From the NCBI GenBank assembly GCA_044223975.1, contig JBGALI010000012.1, positions 38,422 through 102,421 of the forward strand: a stretch of 64,000 nt of DNA, written 5' to 3'. The notes below the pieces were generated by a model that was not told the DNA's origin, made no database searches, and saw only the letters and a list, made by a program, of their open reading frames with translations. This DNA is from Phycisphaerales bacterium. Lineage in GTDB: Bacteria; Planctomycetota; Phycisphaerae; Phycisphaerales; UBA1924. The translations under genes were made by a program, and so were the position numbers. Below, piece by piece: positions 40,898 through 51,660 of the stretch. The number at the start of each line of letters is the position of its first letter. The stretch's first letter is position 1.

Positions 40898-41910
40898 AGG
40901 TCCTGGTCGTCGATGACAACGAAGTATCACTTTCATTGCTGCGGGCCACGCTGCAGAGCGCCGGGTATGAAGTGGAGACCGCGCACGACGGGGCGGCGGC
41001 GCTTGAGCGGATCCGACGCGCTGGCCTCCGACTTGTCGTTACTGACTGGGAAATGCCGGGGATGAGCGGCCTTGAGCTGTGCCGCGCCATCCGGGCCGAT
41101 GACATCTCGGGCTATGTGTACTTCGTTCTGGTGACGTCCCATGACACGCCACAGGATGCCGTCGAGGGCCTCTCCGCGGGCGCCGACGACTTTGTCGCAA
41201 AGCCTTTCAATCCTCCGGAGCTAATCGCGCGGGTGCGCGTCGGCGAGCGCATTCTGGCTCTTGAAACGCGTGACGTGGCGATCTTTGCAATGGCGAAGCT
41301 CGCCGAGTCGCGCGACCCGGAAACGGGCGCGCACCTCGAGCGGGTCCGCAGCTATTGCCGCGTCCTGGCGAAGGATCTGGGATCTCTCCCGAAGTTCCGC
41401 GATCAGATCGATGCCGAGTTCATTCGCCTCATCTACCTGACCAGCCCGTTGCACGACATTGGCAAGGTGGGGATCCCGGACAACGTGCTGCTCAAAGCCG
41501 GTCGGTTGAACGACCGGGAGTTCGAGATCATGCAGATGCACGCGATGCTGGGAGCGCAGACGCTCGACGCCGCGCTGCGCGCGTTCCCGGGCGTGAAGTT
41601 CCTTGAGATGGCTCGGGACATCGCCGCGACTCACCACGAGCGTTGGGATGGCTCGGGCTACCCCGCGGGACTTGCGGGGACCGCGATACCGCTGAGCGGA
41701 CGCATCACGGCGCTCGCGGATGTTTACGATGCGCTCACGTCCAAGCGGGTATACAAGGCCGCGTTCTGCCATGAAATGGCCGCGTCCATGATCAGAAAGG
41801 ACGCCGGCTCGCACTTTGATCCAGACATCGTGGATGCGTTCCTGCGCACCGAGAAGCAGTTCATCGAAATCCGGGCTCACTTTGCCGAGACGTACGCCGC
41901 AGCCGCGTAG
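40894..41910 (+). CDS. Response regulator with HD-GYP (c-di-GMP phosphodiesterase-type) output domain
   Basis: REC (MKVLVVDDNEV...VVTDWEMPGMSG) followed by HD-GYP motifs (HDIGKVGIP, HHERWDGSGYP). Confidence 0.85.
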   Translation: MKVLVVDDNEVSLSLLRATLQSAGYEVETAHDGAAALERIRRAGLRLVVTDWEMPGMSGLELCRAIRADDISGYVYFVLVTSHDTPQDAVEGLSAGADDFVAKPFNPPELIARVRVGERILALETRDVAIFAMAKLAESRDPETGAHLERVRSYCRVLAKDLGSLPKFRDQIDAEFIRLIYLTSPLHDIGKVGIPDNVLLKAGRLNDREFEIMQMHAMLGAQTLDAALRAFPGVKFLEMARDIAATHHERWDGSGYPAGLAGTAIPLSGRITALADVYDALTSKRVYKAAFCHEMAASMIRKDAGSHFDPDIVDAFLRTEKQFIEIRAHFAETYAAAA

Positions 41911-41952
41911 TTCGTCGCGGCAGGGCAATCCGGCGCCCGAGGACGGAGGAGC

Positions 41953-44922
41953 TCAGTTGGCAGCGGGTCCGGGAGGACTCCCGCCGGGGGTGCGTTCAAC
42001 GCTCGGAGAAGCGGGGCCTTGCTCGCTCCCTTCAATCAAGGAAAGGAGAGTGTTGGCCAGAGTCTTGGGATTGATGGGTTTACTGATATGCGAGTCCATT
42101 CCAGCGGCCAGGCACCGGTCACGGTCATCCTGCATCGCGTTCGCGGTTAATGCGACGATGGGAACCCGGCGAGCCCCGCTTGCACGCTCCGTGCGTCGTA
42201 TCGCTTGTGTGGCTTCGAAGCCGTCCATGACGGGCATTTGACAATCCATCAGGATCAGGTCGTACTTCCCGCTTTCCGCCGCGGCGACCGCTTCCTTGCC
42301 GTCGGGGACGATGTCGCAATGGAATCCCAGCTTCGCGAGCAGTTCGGACGCGACGATCTGGTTGATCTCGTTGTCCTCGGCGAGCAGTATTCTGGCGCCG
42401 CGCGACGCGATCGGTGCGGGCTCCGATTTCGATTCAGAACGTGGACTGTCCGCAGGTGGTCTTTCTGCCCGCGCGAGCACGCCCATGATGGTGTCGAATA
42501 GCTCCGACTGCCGGACCGGCTTGGCGATTGCTCCCGCGAAGCCGAGCGCGCGCAGCGACTCATGCTCAATCCGGTCGTCCATCGTCAGCAGGACCATGAG
42601 CGCGGTTCCCGCGATATCCGCACGAGACCTGACCGCGTTGCTCAGCTCGAACGCGTCCATATCGGGAAGGTCTCGGTCGATCAGCGCAACCTGAAAGGGC
42701 CGCTTGGCGGCCGCAGCAGCCGTCAGCGCGTTGAGCGCGGCCTGTCCGTCGCGCACGGCCGACTCGTCCAGCCCCCAACTGGCAATCTGCTCCCGGAGCA
42801 CTCCCAGGTGGGCCTCGTCATCATCCACCAGCAGCACGCGAATCCCTCGCGGATCGACGTCGTGGCGCTGGGGGAGCGGCTGGTCAGCCACGCGGCCCAA
42901 TTTGACCGTGAACCAGAACACCGAGCCCTTCTCCGGTTCGCTCTCGACCCCCACCTGACCGCCCATCAGCTCGGCAAGTCGCTTGGCGATAGCCAAGCCC
43001 AATCCCGTGCCGCCGTACGCCCGGGTCGTCTGAGCGTCCGCCTGCGAGAAAGCCTTGAAAAGGCGGTCGAGCCGATCCGCGGGAATCCCGATGCCGGTAT
43101 CGGTGACGCTGATTCTGACCGTCACCGATTCGGTGTCCTCGGCTTCGAGCACCACTCGCAGCACAACGCTTCCCTTGCGTGTAAACTTGATCGCGTTGCT
43201 GATTAGATTGACGACCACCTGCCGCAGTCGGTCGGCATCGCCCATGACCATCCGCGGGACCCCCGGATGTACGCTGCTCGCCAGCTCCAACCCTTTCTGC
43301 TGGGCACCGGGTGCGAGCATCTGCACAAACTCCTCGAGGGCTGCGTGCAGATTGAATTGGAACGAGGCTAGTTCCAGCTTCCCCGCCTCGATCTTCGAGA
43401 AATCCAAAATATCGTTCACAATGGCCGTGAGTGACTCGGCAGACGACTTGGTGATCGCCGCGTACCGGCGCTGCTGGGGGGTCATCGGGGTGTCAAGAAG
43501 CAACTCGATCATCCCGACCACGCCGTTGAGAGGTGTGCGTATTTCGTGACTCATGTGGGCCAGGAACTCGCTCTTGGCGCGGCTGGCCGCTTCGGCCACC
43601 GCTCTCTCATGTTCCAGCTTCAGGCCGCGGACCAACTCCGCCTCCTTACGGTCCGTGATGTCCAGCACCACGCCCTGGATGAACAATGGGCGGCCGGCCG
43701 CGTCCTCATACACGCGTCCCCGCACCGCGACCCAGCCGAGCGACTTGTCAGCCCGGACGACCCGATACTCCTCGTCATACTCGCAGCGCGTCCGGATCGC
43801 GCGCTCGATCGCCGCCACGACACGGTCGCGGTCCTCGGGCAAGATCGCATTTCGGTACGGCGCGGCGTCATCGGGTCGTTCGGAGGATCCCCCCAGGAGC
43901 GATCTGGCCCGGTCGGACATCTCTACGCGATCTTCTGTCAGGCTCCAACGCCACACGCCGATCTCGCCCGCGGCAAGCGCCATCCGCAGGCGATGTTCGC
44001 TTTCCTGAAGAGATGCTTCTGCGCGCTTGCGCTGCGTGATATCGCGCACGATCTTCGCCACTTCCACGGGCTTGCCCGTGGGGTCTTTGATCGTGGACAG
44101 CGTCACCGCGACGTCCACTCGCTCGCCGCCCTTCTTTACACGTTCGGTCTCAAGCCGAATGACCTCTCCCGCACGCAGGCGCACCAAGAGGTCAGTCCAT
44201 TCCGCTGTTCGTTCCGGCGGCACCAGCACCGATAGGGGCTTGCCGATGACCTCGGGTGCTTCGTACCCGAAGAGGCGTACCGCCGCAGCATTCCATGTGG
44301 TGATCGTTCCCGTGAGATCTTCCGTAATTATGGCGTCGTCGGAATGCTCGACGATCGAAGCCAGCTTTGCGTCGGTGACTTCAAAGCGGCGCACACGGCT
44401 TTTCAGTTCGTCAGCGTGCGCGGCGTTTTGCGCCTGGGCGGCTTTCATGCGACTAAGAGTGGTAACGTCCTCAACTCGGTGGATGATGTACTCGACCGCT
44501 CCGTCGGGACCCATGACAGGAATGTTCTGCGGGCTCCAGGATCGCTCCTCAAAGCCTCCCCCCTCCGCTTCAGGACGGCGGATGTCGTACTTTTGAATAG
44601 GCATGATGTCAACGGTTCGTGTTGACAGCACGCGGTCCAGGGACGCGTGGAGGTTGCGCACCCCGTTAGCTCCCGGGTCATCGGGGTTGTCCGGGAAGAC
44701 TTCAAACAGCGGTTGTCCCACGATCTTTGCGCGCGTGGTCATCGTGGCGCGGAGATACGCATCGGATACCGCGACAATCCTCAAGGATGGGCTGAGAACG
44801 AGATAAAGGTCTGGCACCGACGCGAAGAGCGCGCCATAGTCGGGGCTGCCCTGGTCAATGGACGCCGTGTCTTCAGTTCTATTGCTCATCGAGTCCAGCC
44901 CACGGGCGTAGGGCTCCTTCAA
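41953..44922 (-). CDS. PAS-domain hybrid sensor histidine kinase with two C-terminal REC domains
   Basis: Several PAS segments; H-box [18 protein letters not shown]; HATPase (GGTGLGLAI); two REC domains (VLLVDDD..., ILLAEDNEINQ...[13 protein letters not shown]). Confidence 0.85.
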   Translation of the reverse strand: MKEPYARGLDSMSNRTEDTASIDQGSPDYGALFASVPDLYLVLSPSLRIVAVSDAYLRATMTTRAKIVGQPLFEVFPDNPDDPGANGVRNLHASLDRVLSTRTVDIMPIQKYDIRRPEAEGGGFEERSWSPQNIPVMGPDGAVEYIIHRVEDVTTLSRMKAAQAQNAAHADELKSRVRRFEVTDAKLASIVEHSDDAIITEDLTGTITTWNAAAVRLFGYEAPEVIGKPLSVLVPPERTAEWTDLLVRLRAGEVIRLETERVKKGGERVDVAVTLSTIKDPTGKPVEVAKIVRDITQRKRAEASLQESEHRLRMALAAGEIGVWRWSLTEDRVEMSDRARSLLGGSSERPDDAAPYRNAILPEDRDRVVAAIERAIRTRCEYDEEYRVVRADKSLGWVAVRGRVYEDAAGRPLFIQGVVLDITDRKEAELVRGLKLEHERAVAEAASRAKSEFLAHMSHEIRTPLNGVVGMIELLLDTPMTPQQRRYAAITKSSAESLTAIVNDILDFSKIEAGKLELASFQFNLHAALEEFVQMLAPGAQQKGLELASSVHPGVPRMVMGDADRLRQVVVNLISNAIKFTRKGSVVLRVVLEAEDTESVTVRISVTDTGIGIPADRLDRLFKAFSQADAQTTRAYGGTGLGLAIAKRLAELMGGQVGVESEPEKGSVFWFTVKLGRVADQPLPQRHDVDPRGIRVLLVDDDEAHLGVLREQIASWGLDESAVRDGQAALNALTAAAAAKRPFQVALIDRDLPDMDAFELSNAVRSRADIAGTALMVLLTMDDRIEHESLRALGFAGAIAKPVRQSELFDTIMGVLARAERPPADSPRSESKSEPAPIASRGARILLAEDNEINQIVASELLAKLGFHCDIVPDGKEAVAAAESGKYDLILMDCQMPVMDGFEATQAIRRTERASGARRVPIVALTANAMQDDRDRCLAAGMDSHISKPINPKTLANTLLSLIEGSEQGPASPSVERTPGGSPPGPAAN

Positions 44923-45478
44923 ATCCCTGTCTGAGAAACTCCGAGCGCGGCCAGCTCATCGCCATACTCCATCGCACGTGAACAGGTCGAGCAAGGGCGC
45001 CCAGGCTGATCGAGTGCCACACTACCGCGCCGACGTGGAGTCGGCGTCGATTCGCGCATGAATTCGCGCGTGAAAATTTACTTATGTTGCTTTCCCATGT
45101 TTCGCCGTCGCACCGCGCAGGTTATTAGCACTCGGCCGGTGCCGGAGTCGCGATCCCCAAAGCCTCGCGCTTTGGGTTGACCACGCCGGGCGTCTCCTGC
45201 GCCGCGGCACCCCGCCGCTCGGTCCCTTCGCGTCTTCAACTCGTAGGTAAGAAGAAATTCATTCTTGTGTCAGGATCGCGCCATACGCGATTGCGAAACT
45301 CAGACCCGGAGAGAAGGAACAACCGGGCCGCAGGCCGCGCGCCCGATGTCGAGACCGCCGGGTCCCCCACGCGGCGGTCTTCTTTGATGCTTAGCGGATT
45401 GGTGCATCAGTTCGCACCCGCCAAGCCCGATGGCACCTCACTCAGTTCAACGAGGCAGGGCGGCAGGCGACCTCCCGC

Positions 45479-45802
45479 ATGGGGCTTCTTCATTCCATCA
45501 AACTCCTCTGGTCGGGCCGCGGAAGCCGCCGGGCTCCCCGTACAGGGGGCGTGGGGATTACCTGCGAACTCGGAGATGTGGTGGATTACAGCACCACCGG
45601 CATGCGTGTGATGACCGAGATCAAGCCCGCGGTGGGGCTGGGTGATGTCCTGCACCTGGAGGTGACAGGTCCAGGTTGGACTCGCCGACTCTCTGTTCGC
45701 GTGGCGCGGGTCACTCGGGCCTCGCTGAGCCTCTGGGAGGTTGGCCTTGAGTTTCTGGGTGAGCCAGGACCATCCATCCCTACGACGGCCTCGCATCGAT
45801 GA
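45479..45802 (+). CDS. PilZ domain protein (c-di-GMP receptor-type)
   Basis: RRAPR (RxxxR) followed by DYSTTG (DxSxxG) at canonical spacing. Confidence 0.75.
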   Translation: MGLLHSIKLLWSGRGSRRAPRTGGVGITCELGDVVDYSTTGMRVMTEIKPAVGLGDVLHLEVTGPGWTRRLSVRVARVTRASLSLWEVGLEFLGEPGPSIPTTASHR

Positions 45803-45936
45803 CCTTGAATTCGGAGGAGGACCTCCCCACTGGACATCGTGCGGACAGCCGCCCCCGTGCCGTGGCGTGGTGGGCGCCAGCCGCTCGTCGTTCGGGTTCA
45901 CTAGAGTTGGTGGCGGACGCGCGTCCGACACTCCGA

Positions 45937-46890
45937 TCATCCCCCGCTGGTCTTTCCTCCCATCACCCGAAGGATCTGTCCTGCGATGTAGCTCGAATCC
46001 GCGCTAGACGCGAGGAAGACGTACGCGGGCGCTAGTTCCTCGGGCTGGGCCGGGCGATCGATGGGTGGTCCGGTCTTGCCGCGACCGAAGTTGGCGATTC
46101 GTTGGCGAGAAGCGCCGCGGTCGCTCGGGTTCAGCGGCGTCCAAACGGGACCGGGGGCCACCGCGTTTACGCGGATTCCTTGGGCGATCAGCTGGCGCGC
46201 CAGGCTCTTGGTGAGGGTGTTGATCGCGCCCTTGGTCGCGCTGTAGTCGGGCAGCTCGGGTGGCCCGTCGAACGCCGTCTCGGAGCTCGTCACAATGATC
46301 GATGCACCTCGCTTCAGTCGCGGCAGGGCAGCCTTCACGAGCCAGAAGTACGCGTACACGTTTGTCTTGAACGTACGGTCAAACTCCGCGTCGGTGACGT
46401 CAAGAATCGATTTCTTGCGGTTCTGCCAGGCGGCGTTGCTCACCAGCACATCGAGCCTCCCGAAGGCACGCCATGTTCTCTCCACGATCGATCTGCACGT
46501 CTTTGGGTCGCGCAGATCGCCCGGCAAACGCAGACACCGCTTCCCCAAACTCTCGACCGCCGCTGCGGTTTCTTTCGCATCCGATTCCTCGGCGCGCAGA
46601 TAGTTGATGGCGACGTCCGCGCCCTCGCGTGCGTACATGACCGCCACGGCACGCCCGATCCCCGAATCCCCGCCCGTGATGAGCGCCGCCTGGCCGGCCA
46701 GTTTGCCCGCGGGAGCAAAGTCGGGGGCTTCGTAGCGCGGTCGCGGTCGGAGCTTCGATTCAATGCCCGGCTTGCTCTGGTGCTGCCGCGGGAACGGAGG
46801 GCGGGGCTGCTCCGCGGGCCTCCTGCGGGACGTGGGCTTGCGCATCGCGGGCTGCCTCCGATTGGTGTTAACGCTGTCCACCCCGCGCAT
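45937..46890 (-). CDS. SDR-family NAD(P)-dependent oxidoreductase
   Basis: TGGDSGIGRA (TGxxxGIG), NAAW, and the catalytic YSATKGA (YxxxK). The exact start is uncertain. Confidence 0.8.
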   Translation of the reverse strand: MRGVDSVNTNRRQPAMRKPTSRRRPAEQPRPPFPRQHQSKPGIESKLRPRPRYEAPDFAPAGKLAGQAALITGGDSGIGRAVAVMYAREGADVAINYLRAEESDAKETAAAVESLGKRCLRLPGDLRDPKTCRSIVERTWRAFGRLDVLVSNAAWQNRKKSILDVTDAEFDRTFKTNVYAYFWLVKAALPRLKRGASIIVTSSETAFDGPPELPDYSATKGAINTLTKSLARQLIAQGIRVNAVAPGPVWTPLNPSDRGASRQRIANFGRGKTGPPIDRPAQPEELAPAYVFLASSADSSYIAGQILRVMGGKTSGG

Positions 46891-47229
46891 CCGAAGGTGC
46901 GCGGCGGGACCACGTGACGGTCTAGTAAAACGGGGTTCATCGTGGGCGGGCCCTTCCTGACTCTGCTCGGACCGCCGCGATCGCCTCAGACATCGCGAAT
47001 CCGCCGGGCCGGAAGTGACGCAGGGTGATCTGGCTCAAGGGCGCTCGCCAACCTGCACGCGAGGGGCAGTGCGCTTCCGGCGACCGAGACATGCTTCGTG
47101 CGTACGCCCATTCCGGTGCCGGACGCGTTGACCCCGCTGCTCGCCCAGCGTCCTTTCAAGAGAGTTTCACGATCGATTCAGTCGCCATGGCGGGGACCAT
47201 CCGAAGTGGTAGTAGAGGAGAACCACGCC

Positions 47230-47529
47230 ATGTCTAGCAAGATCAATGCAGCCCGTGGTGAACGGCGCCGGGCACCCGTCAAAGCCAAGTTCACGGCGCG
47301 GCATGATGTGGCGATGGACATCGTAATCCAGACGCTTATCGCTCACCGCGGGGCCATCACTCTCCGGGAACTGGTGCGAGAGGTCGTGGACGAGCGCAAC
47401 GATGCGTCACCCGCGCGTTTGACGCGGCGCGAACTGACTGCGGCGCTGCACCATCTTGAGCCGCTGGGACTACGCGACTCGGCGAAGAGTCATCCTCGGA
47501 CGGAGCGGGGGCTGCGGTCGGCGGCTTGA
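47230..47529 (+). CDS. Hypothetical protein (99 aa)
   Basis: ATG behind a GAGGAGAA RBS. No recognisable family. Confidence 0.35.
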   Translation: MSSKINAARGERRRAPVKAKFTARHDVAMDIVIQTLIAHRGAITLRELVREVVDERNDASPARLTRRELTAALHHLEPLGLRDSAKSHPRTERGLRSAA

Positions 47530-47574
47530 ACGTTCCTTCCGCGGCGCGCAGCCGCGATCGCGGGGCGGTTTGTA

Positions 47575-48312
47575 TTGACCCACACCGCAATATCCCCCAT
47601 GCCTCGCCTTTCGGCACGTCCGCCTGCGAAATGGCGAGTTCGTGTTCTAGCGTGGGGGAGAGCGGCCCTTACCGAGCCCATGCTCTTGGGCGCGGCCCTT
47701 GGACTGAACTGCTCCGTCTGGGCGTTTCTTACGCTCGCGGACAAGGTGCGCAAGTCGGGCACGCTCTCATGGGACGATCGGCTGCTCCTTCTTTTCCGCC
47801 GACAGGACGCACCGTCGGACCCAGTGGGACCGCCCTGGCTGTCACTGGCGATGCGCGACCTCTCGGCGTTGGGCGGGCCGGTGGCGATGACGATCGTGGT
47901 GGGCAGCGTCGTTGGGTATCTGCTTATCTTGGGCTACCGGCGCGCTGCGTGGAGGCTCGTGCTGGCCGCGGGGGGTGGCGGAGTGCTTGCCGTCGCGCTG
48001 AAGAGCGTCTATGGACGACCAAGACCGGCCGTCGTCGGGCACCTGATGGAGGCTACCAGCCCGTCGTTCCCGAGCGGCCATTCGATGGTGTCCGCGGTGG
48101 TGTACGCGACCCTGGGCGTCATGATCGCGCGGCTGACGCCCGGCAGGCTGGGGAAAGTTTACGTAGTCGCCGTCTTCCTGCTGGTGCCCGCGTTGATCGG
48201 GCTGAGCCGCGTGTACTTGGGCGTTCACTACCCCAGCGACGTGGTCGCGGGCTGGGCCGCAGGGCTGGTGTGGAGCCTGGCATGCTCGATCGTGCTGCGG
48301 CGGTGGCGCTGA
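47575..48312 (+). CDS. PAP2-family (type 2 phosphatidic acid/undecaprenyl-PP) phosphatase, membrane
   Basis: Three PAP2 motifs: KSVYGRPRP, PSGHS, SRVYLGVHYPSDV. Confidence 0.85.
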   Translation: MTHTAISPMPRLSARPPAKWRVRVLAWGRAALTEPMLLGAALGLNCSVWAFLTLADKVRKSGTLSWDDRLLLLFRRQDAPSDPVGPPWLSLAMRDLSALGGPVAMTIVVGSVVGYLLILGYRRAAWRLVLAAGGGGVLAVALKSVYGRPRPAVVGHLMEATSPSFPSGHSMVSAVVYATLGVMIARLTPGRLGKVYVVAVFLLVPALIGLSRVYLGVHYPSDVVAGWAAGLVWSLACSIVLRRWR

Positions 48313-48434
48313 CAGCGTCGAGCCTCGCCTTCTGCCACGGAAGGGGGGGCTGTGCTGGGCGGTGACGCTGCAGACGTTGAGCCAAGCCGTGCCCGCCACG
48401 GCACTCCTAAACTCTCAAACCTTGCCTTTCCTCT

Positions 48435-48776
48435 TTGAACGGAGGGCTCTCGATGCCCGACACCTCGAACGTGTGGATGTACGGCGTGGGTGCCCTTATC
48501 GGCGCCGTGCTGGCGGCCGCTGTGGCGTACTTTGGGTCTTCGCGCGGGCACTCGTTCTGGCTCTGCTTCGTGCTGGCCGTGGCGACCACGCCCCTCGTGG
48601 CCTGGATCATTCTCGCGCTCATCCCCGAGCGCGTGCGGCCGTACAGGCCGCCCCCGGACCTTCTACTCGCCATCACGTTGGAAAAGGAGCGGATGAAGGC
48701 TCAAGCAGAAGTCGCTGCATCACCCGCCCCGCACTCCGGACACACCGCGCCCGCCGCAAGCGCGGCCCGGTCGTAG
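48435..48776 (+). CDS. Hypothetical small membrane protein
   Basis: Two hydrophobic helices (VGALIGAVLAAAVAYF; FWLCFVLAVATTPLVAWIILALI). Confidence 0.35.
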   Translation: MNGGLSMPDTSNVWMYGVGALIGAVLAAAVAYFGSSRGHSFWLCFVLAVATTPLVAWIILALIPERVRPYRPPPDLLLAITLEKERMKAQAEVAASPAPHSGHTAPAASAARS

Positions 48777-49582
48777 CCGCAGGCGAGGCACGCGCCCTCG
48801 CGGGCGCGGCGGAGGTATTTCGCGTCCGCCCTCCATGCCGCGGCGGTGGCGAGGAGAGAGAGAAGGGGTAGCGGCCAGAGGGGGATTATGACGAATCGTT
48901 GCCCGCTGATCGCGCCACCATCGAACCACCAACCAGACAAAGCGGTGCTGCGCTTAAACTCAAACTCGCCGATCCCAAACCACGGCGCGGGACCGGGAGG
49001 CTCGATGACCATGAGCCGGGATGCCTCGCAAACTAGGGCGTAATGCCAAGGGGCATACCAGGTCACTCCCCACCACCCGCTCCCGATCCACACCACCAGC
49101 AGTAGCACGGTGAGCACCGCGCCGCCCCACTTCACCGTCTCGCGGACCGCCCGCTTCACCTTGTCGCGCGTGCTTCCCACCTGCGCAGTCTTCCGCGCCT
49201 CGGTGTGGGCGACCGTCTTCCCACACGCGGACTCGGGGCGTCGAGACCACGACATCATCGACCGCGCCATCGTGGACGCGGCGTTCTCATCGTAGGGGAT
49301 GATTGAGCCGGCCGAAGGCAGTTCGATGTCCGTGGCGTCGTCCTTGAGCCGCGGAATCAGCCGCCCAATAGCGCGACGATCAGCGAATTGACCGGACCCC
49401 GCGTGTCCTACGCACCGCTCGCCCGCGAGTCTCGCTCGCGCGCCTCCCGCCCGCGACGACTCCCCCACCGCCGCTCGCGCACCGTTGCGCACGGCGCGGC
49501 ATTCACGCGCAGGAGCGGACAGCGGGCGCGCGAGAGAGAACATGCGTGAAGCGCGCGGGAAACACATGGGGTTTTTCTTCAA
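48701..49582 (-). CDS. Hypothetical membrane protein with C-terminal CxxC...CxxC
   Basis: TM segments (AVLTVLLLVVWIG; FVIIPLWPLPLLSLLATAAAW) and a C-terminal CLACG...CPECG. The start is uncertain; it may be the internal Met near 49270. Confidence 0.35.
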   Translation of the reverse strand: MKKNPMCFPRASRMFSLARPLSAPARECRAVRNGARAAVGESSRAGGARARLAGERCVGHAGSGQFADRRAIGRLIPRLKDDATDIELPSAGSIIPYDENAASTMARSMMSWSRRPESACGKTVAHTEARKTAQVGSTRDKVKRAVRETVKWGGAVLTVLLLVVWIGSGWWGVTWYAPWHYALVCEASRLMVIEPPGPAPWFGIGEFEFKRSTALSGWWFDGGAISGQRFVIIPLWPLPLLSLLATAAAWRADAKYLRRAREGACLACGYDRAALAAGAVCPECGAGDAATSA

Positions 49583-49612
49583 AACATGCCGGGTATTCTT
49601 CCCGACTCAGCG

Positions 49613-49647
49613 TCGCTCGGTCCCGGGTTCGAATCCCGGCGGGGCCA
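49613..49647 (+). repeat. 35-nt copy of the tRNA-Met 3' end (T-arm + acceptor), 1 mismatch: right-hand att remnant of a second island
   Basis: TCGCTCGGTCCCGGGTTCGAATCCCGGCGGGGCCA versus tRNA 30424..30458 TCGCTTGGTCCCGGGTTCGAATCCCGGCGGGGCCA. Confidence 0.8.
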
Positions 49648-49704
49648 TCGGCCAGGAGACGGCGCCGTTCAGCACGGGCGGCCGTGCGACGCCAGCGCCC
49701 TGCG

Positions 49705-50163
49705 CTAGCGGACGACGTCGCCGTCCCGAGCCAGCATCTCAAGCACACGGCGGAGTTCGGTGACCTGAGGCCGCGACAGCTCCGACATCCCGGGCACATC
49801 GGCGAAGAGTTCGGAGACGAACGATTCGCGGGCCCGCCGCCCCGCCGCGGTCGTGTTCACCATCTTGACGCGGCGGTCACCGGCGTCTTCCGTTCGCGAA
49901 AGCATGCCGTGCTCGACAAGACGATCAACAACTCCCGTGATGTTCGACGGATCGCAGCAGAGTTCGTCGGCCAGCGAGCGCATCGGCACGGGTTCGCTGA
50001 GCGTGAGAAGAACCTTTGCCTGCACGGACGTGAGCCCCCGGGCCTTCGCCACTCCCTCGAAATGGGCGCGCAGCCGGTCGACGTACGCGAACAGCAATCC
50101 GACCACTTCGGCGCGGGCGGCGGCGTCGGGGTCCCGCGGCTTTGGAATCTTGCACTGACCCAT
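49705..50163 (-). CDS. MarR-family transcriptional regulator
   Basis: Winged-helix pattern (LTSVQAKVLLTLSE...VDRLVEHGMLSRTEDAGDRRVKMVNTTAAG). It is divergent from the efflux operon. Confidence 0.8.
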   Translation of the reverse strand: MGQCKIPKPRDPDAAARAEVVGLLFAYVDRLRAHFEGVAKARGLTSVQAKVLLTLSEPVPMRSLADELCCDPSNITGVVDRLVEHGMLSRTEDAGDRRVKMVNTTAAGRRARESFVSELFADVPGMSELSRPQVTELRRVLEMLARDGDVVR

Positions 50164-50332
50164 CGTGCGATTCTAGCCCATTGCTTGATAACATCAACTA
50201 TTGAAGATAGCATCTTTGTGCCCCCGGGCCGGAACGCCCGAAGAGGGACGCCCGCGAGCGCGACGCGGGGAGAGCCAGTCAACCCCGACAAGCCGCCCGT
50301 CCCGGGGGCGCCCGCGGTGCGAAGGATTCCGG

Positions 50333-51607
50333 ATGAAGAAGAAGCCGTTGATCGCGGGAATCTCGCTGCTCGCCGGTCTGCTTGCCCTGGGCGGCGGGGT
50401 GGCGTTCGTGAAGTACCGGAGCATGCGGGCGGCGGCCAACCAGCCGGCGTTCCAGCCGCCGGACTTCGTTGACGTGGTGGAGGCAACCCCGGTGTCCTGG
50501 CAGCCCACGGCACGCCTGGTGGGCACCGTGATCGCCAAGCGCTCCGTGACCCTCGCGAACGAGATCGCCGGCACCGTGACCGAGGTCGGGTTCGACTCCG
50601 GCGAGCAGACGACGGCCGGTCAGGTGCTCGTGCAGATGGATGTCTCGACCGAGACGGCGGACATGCACACGGCAGAAGCCGCGGCGAGAGTCGCTCGCGC
50701 GGCGGTCGAGGTCGCCCAGGCCAACATCCAGTCCTCGCAGGCCAGCGTCCAGCTGGCCGAGAGCAATCAGCGACGCTTCAGGGACGCCGGCAAGTCGGTC
50801 TCCGCCTCCGACCTCGACCGCATGAACACCGAGCTCGACAAGGCCCGGGCGGACCTTCAGCGCCAGCAGTCCGACCTCGTCAAGGCCCGGGCCGAGGTGG
50901 AGCAGGCCGAGGCGCGGGTGCGGCAGATCCAGACCCTCATCGCCAAGAAGACCCTCAGAGCCCCGTTCCTGGCCCGGGCGAGCATGCGCACCGTGGACCC
51001 GGGGCAGTACCTCAAGGAAGGCACGTCCATCGTCAGCCTGACCGAGGTCACCGACGACATTTACCTCGACTTCGCCGTGCCCCAGGACTACGCCGCGCGG
51101 GTCGCCCCGGGCGCGGTCGTCGTTGCCAAGTCGCAGATGCTCGGGAGCGAGTCCGTCAGGATCACCGTGGTGTCGATCGACTCGACCGTGAACCCGACGA
51201 CCCGCAACGTGAGGGTCAGGTCCAGCGTGCCCAACCCCGACCAGAGGCTCAAGCCCGGCATGTTCATCGACATCGAGGTCCCCGTCGAGGCCGCCCGGCA
51301 GTTTGTCGCCGTCCCCACGACGGCGGTTCGCCGCGCCGCCTTCGGCGATCACGTGTTCGTGCTCGAGCCGGGCGATCCCGCCGGCGACCCGCCGGGGTCC
51401 TTTCGCGCCCGCCAGCGCATGGTCAAGCTCGGCCCCGACATCGCGGGCAAGGTCATCATCAGCGAGGGCCTGAAGATGGGCGAGCAGCTCGCCACCAGCG
51501 GATCGTTCAAGCTCCACGAGGGCTCGCTGGTCATGAAGGCTCCGCCCGTTGCGGAGAAGTCCGGCGCGGCGCCGGCGGCACCCGGGGTCGCCGCGGCGGG
51601 CCAGTGA
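50333..51607 (+). CDS. HlyD-family membrane fusion protein (efflux adaptor)
   Basis: N-terminal anchor (MKKKPLIAGISLLAGLLALGGGVAF), coiled-coil and beta-barrel pattern. It is adjacent to the RND pump. Confidence 0.8.
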   Translation: MKKKPLIAGISLLAGLLALGGGVAFVKYRSMRAAANQPAFQPPDFVDVVEATPVSWQPTARLVGTVIAKRSVTLANEIAGTVTEVGFDSGEQTTAGQVLVQMDVSTETADMHTAEAAARVARAAVEVAQANIQSSQASVQLAESNQRRFRDAGKSVSASDLDRMNTELDKARADLQRQQSDLVKARAEVEQAEARVRQIQTLIAKKTLRAPFLARASMRTVDPGQYLKEGTSIVSLTEVTDDIYLDFAVPQDYAARVAPGAVVVAKSQMLGSESVRITVVSIDSTVNPTTRNVRVRSSVPNPDQRLKPGMFIDIEVPVEAARQFVAVPTTAVRRAAFGDHVFVLEPGDPAGDPPGSFRARQRMVKLGPDIAGKVIISEGLKMGEQLATSGSFKLHEGSLVMKAPPVAEKSGAAPAAPGVAAAGQ

Positions 51608-51660
51608 CCTGGCGGATGGAACGTGGCGTGAGCACCCCAGGCTGACGGGCCGAGGACCGC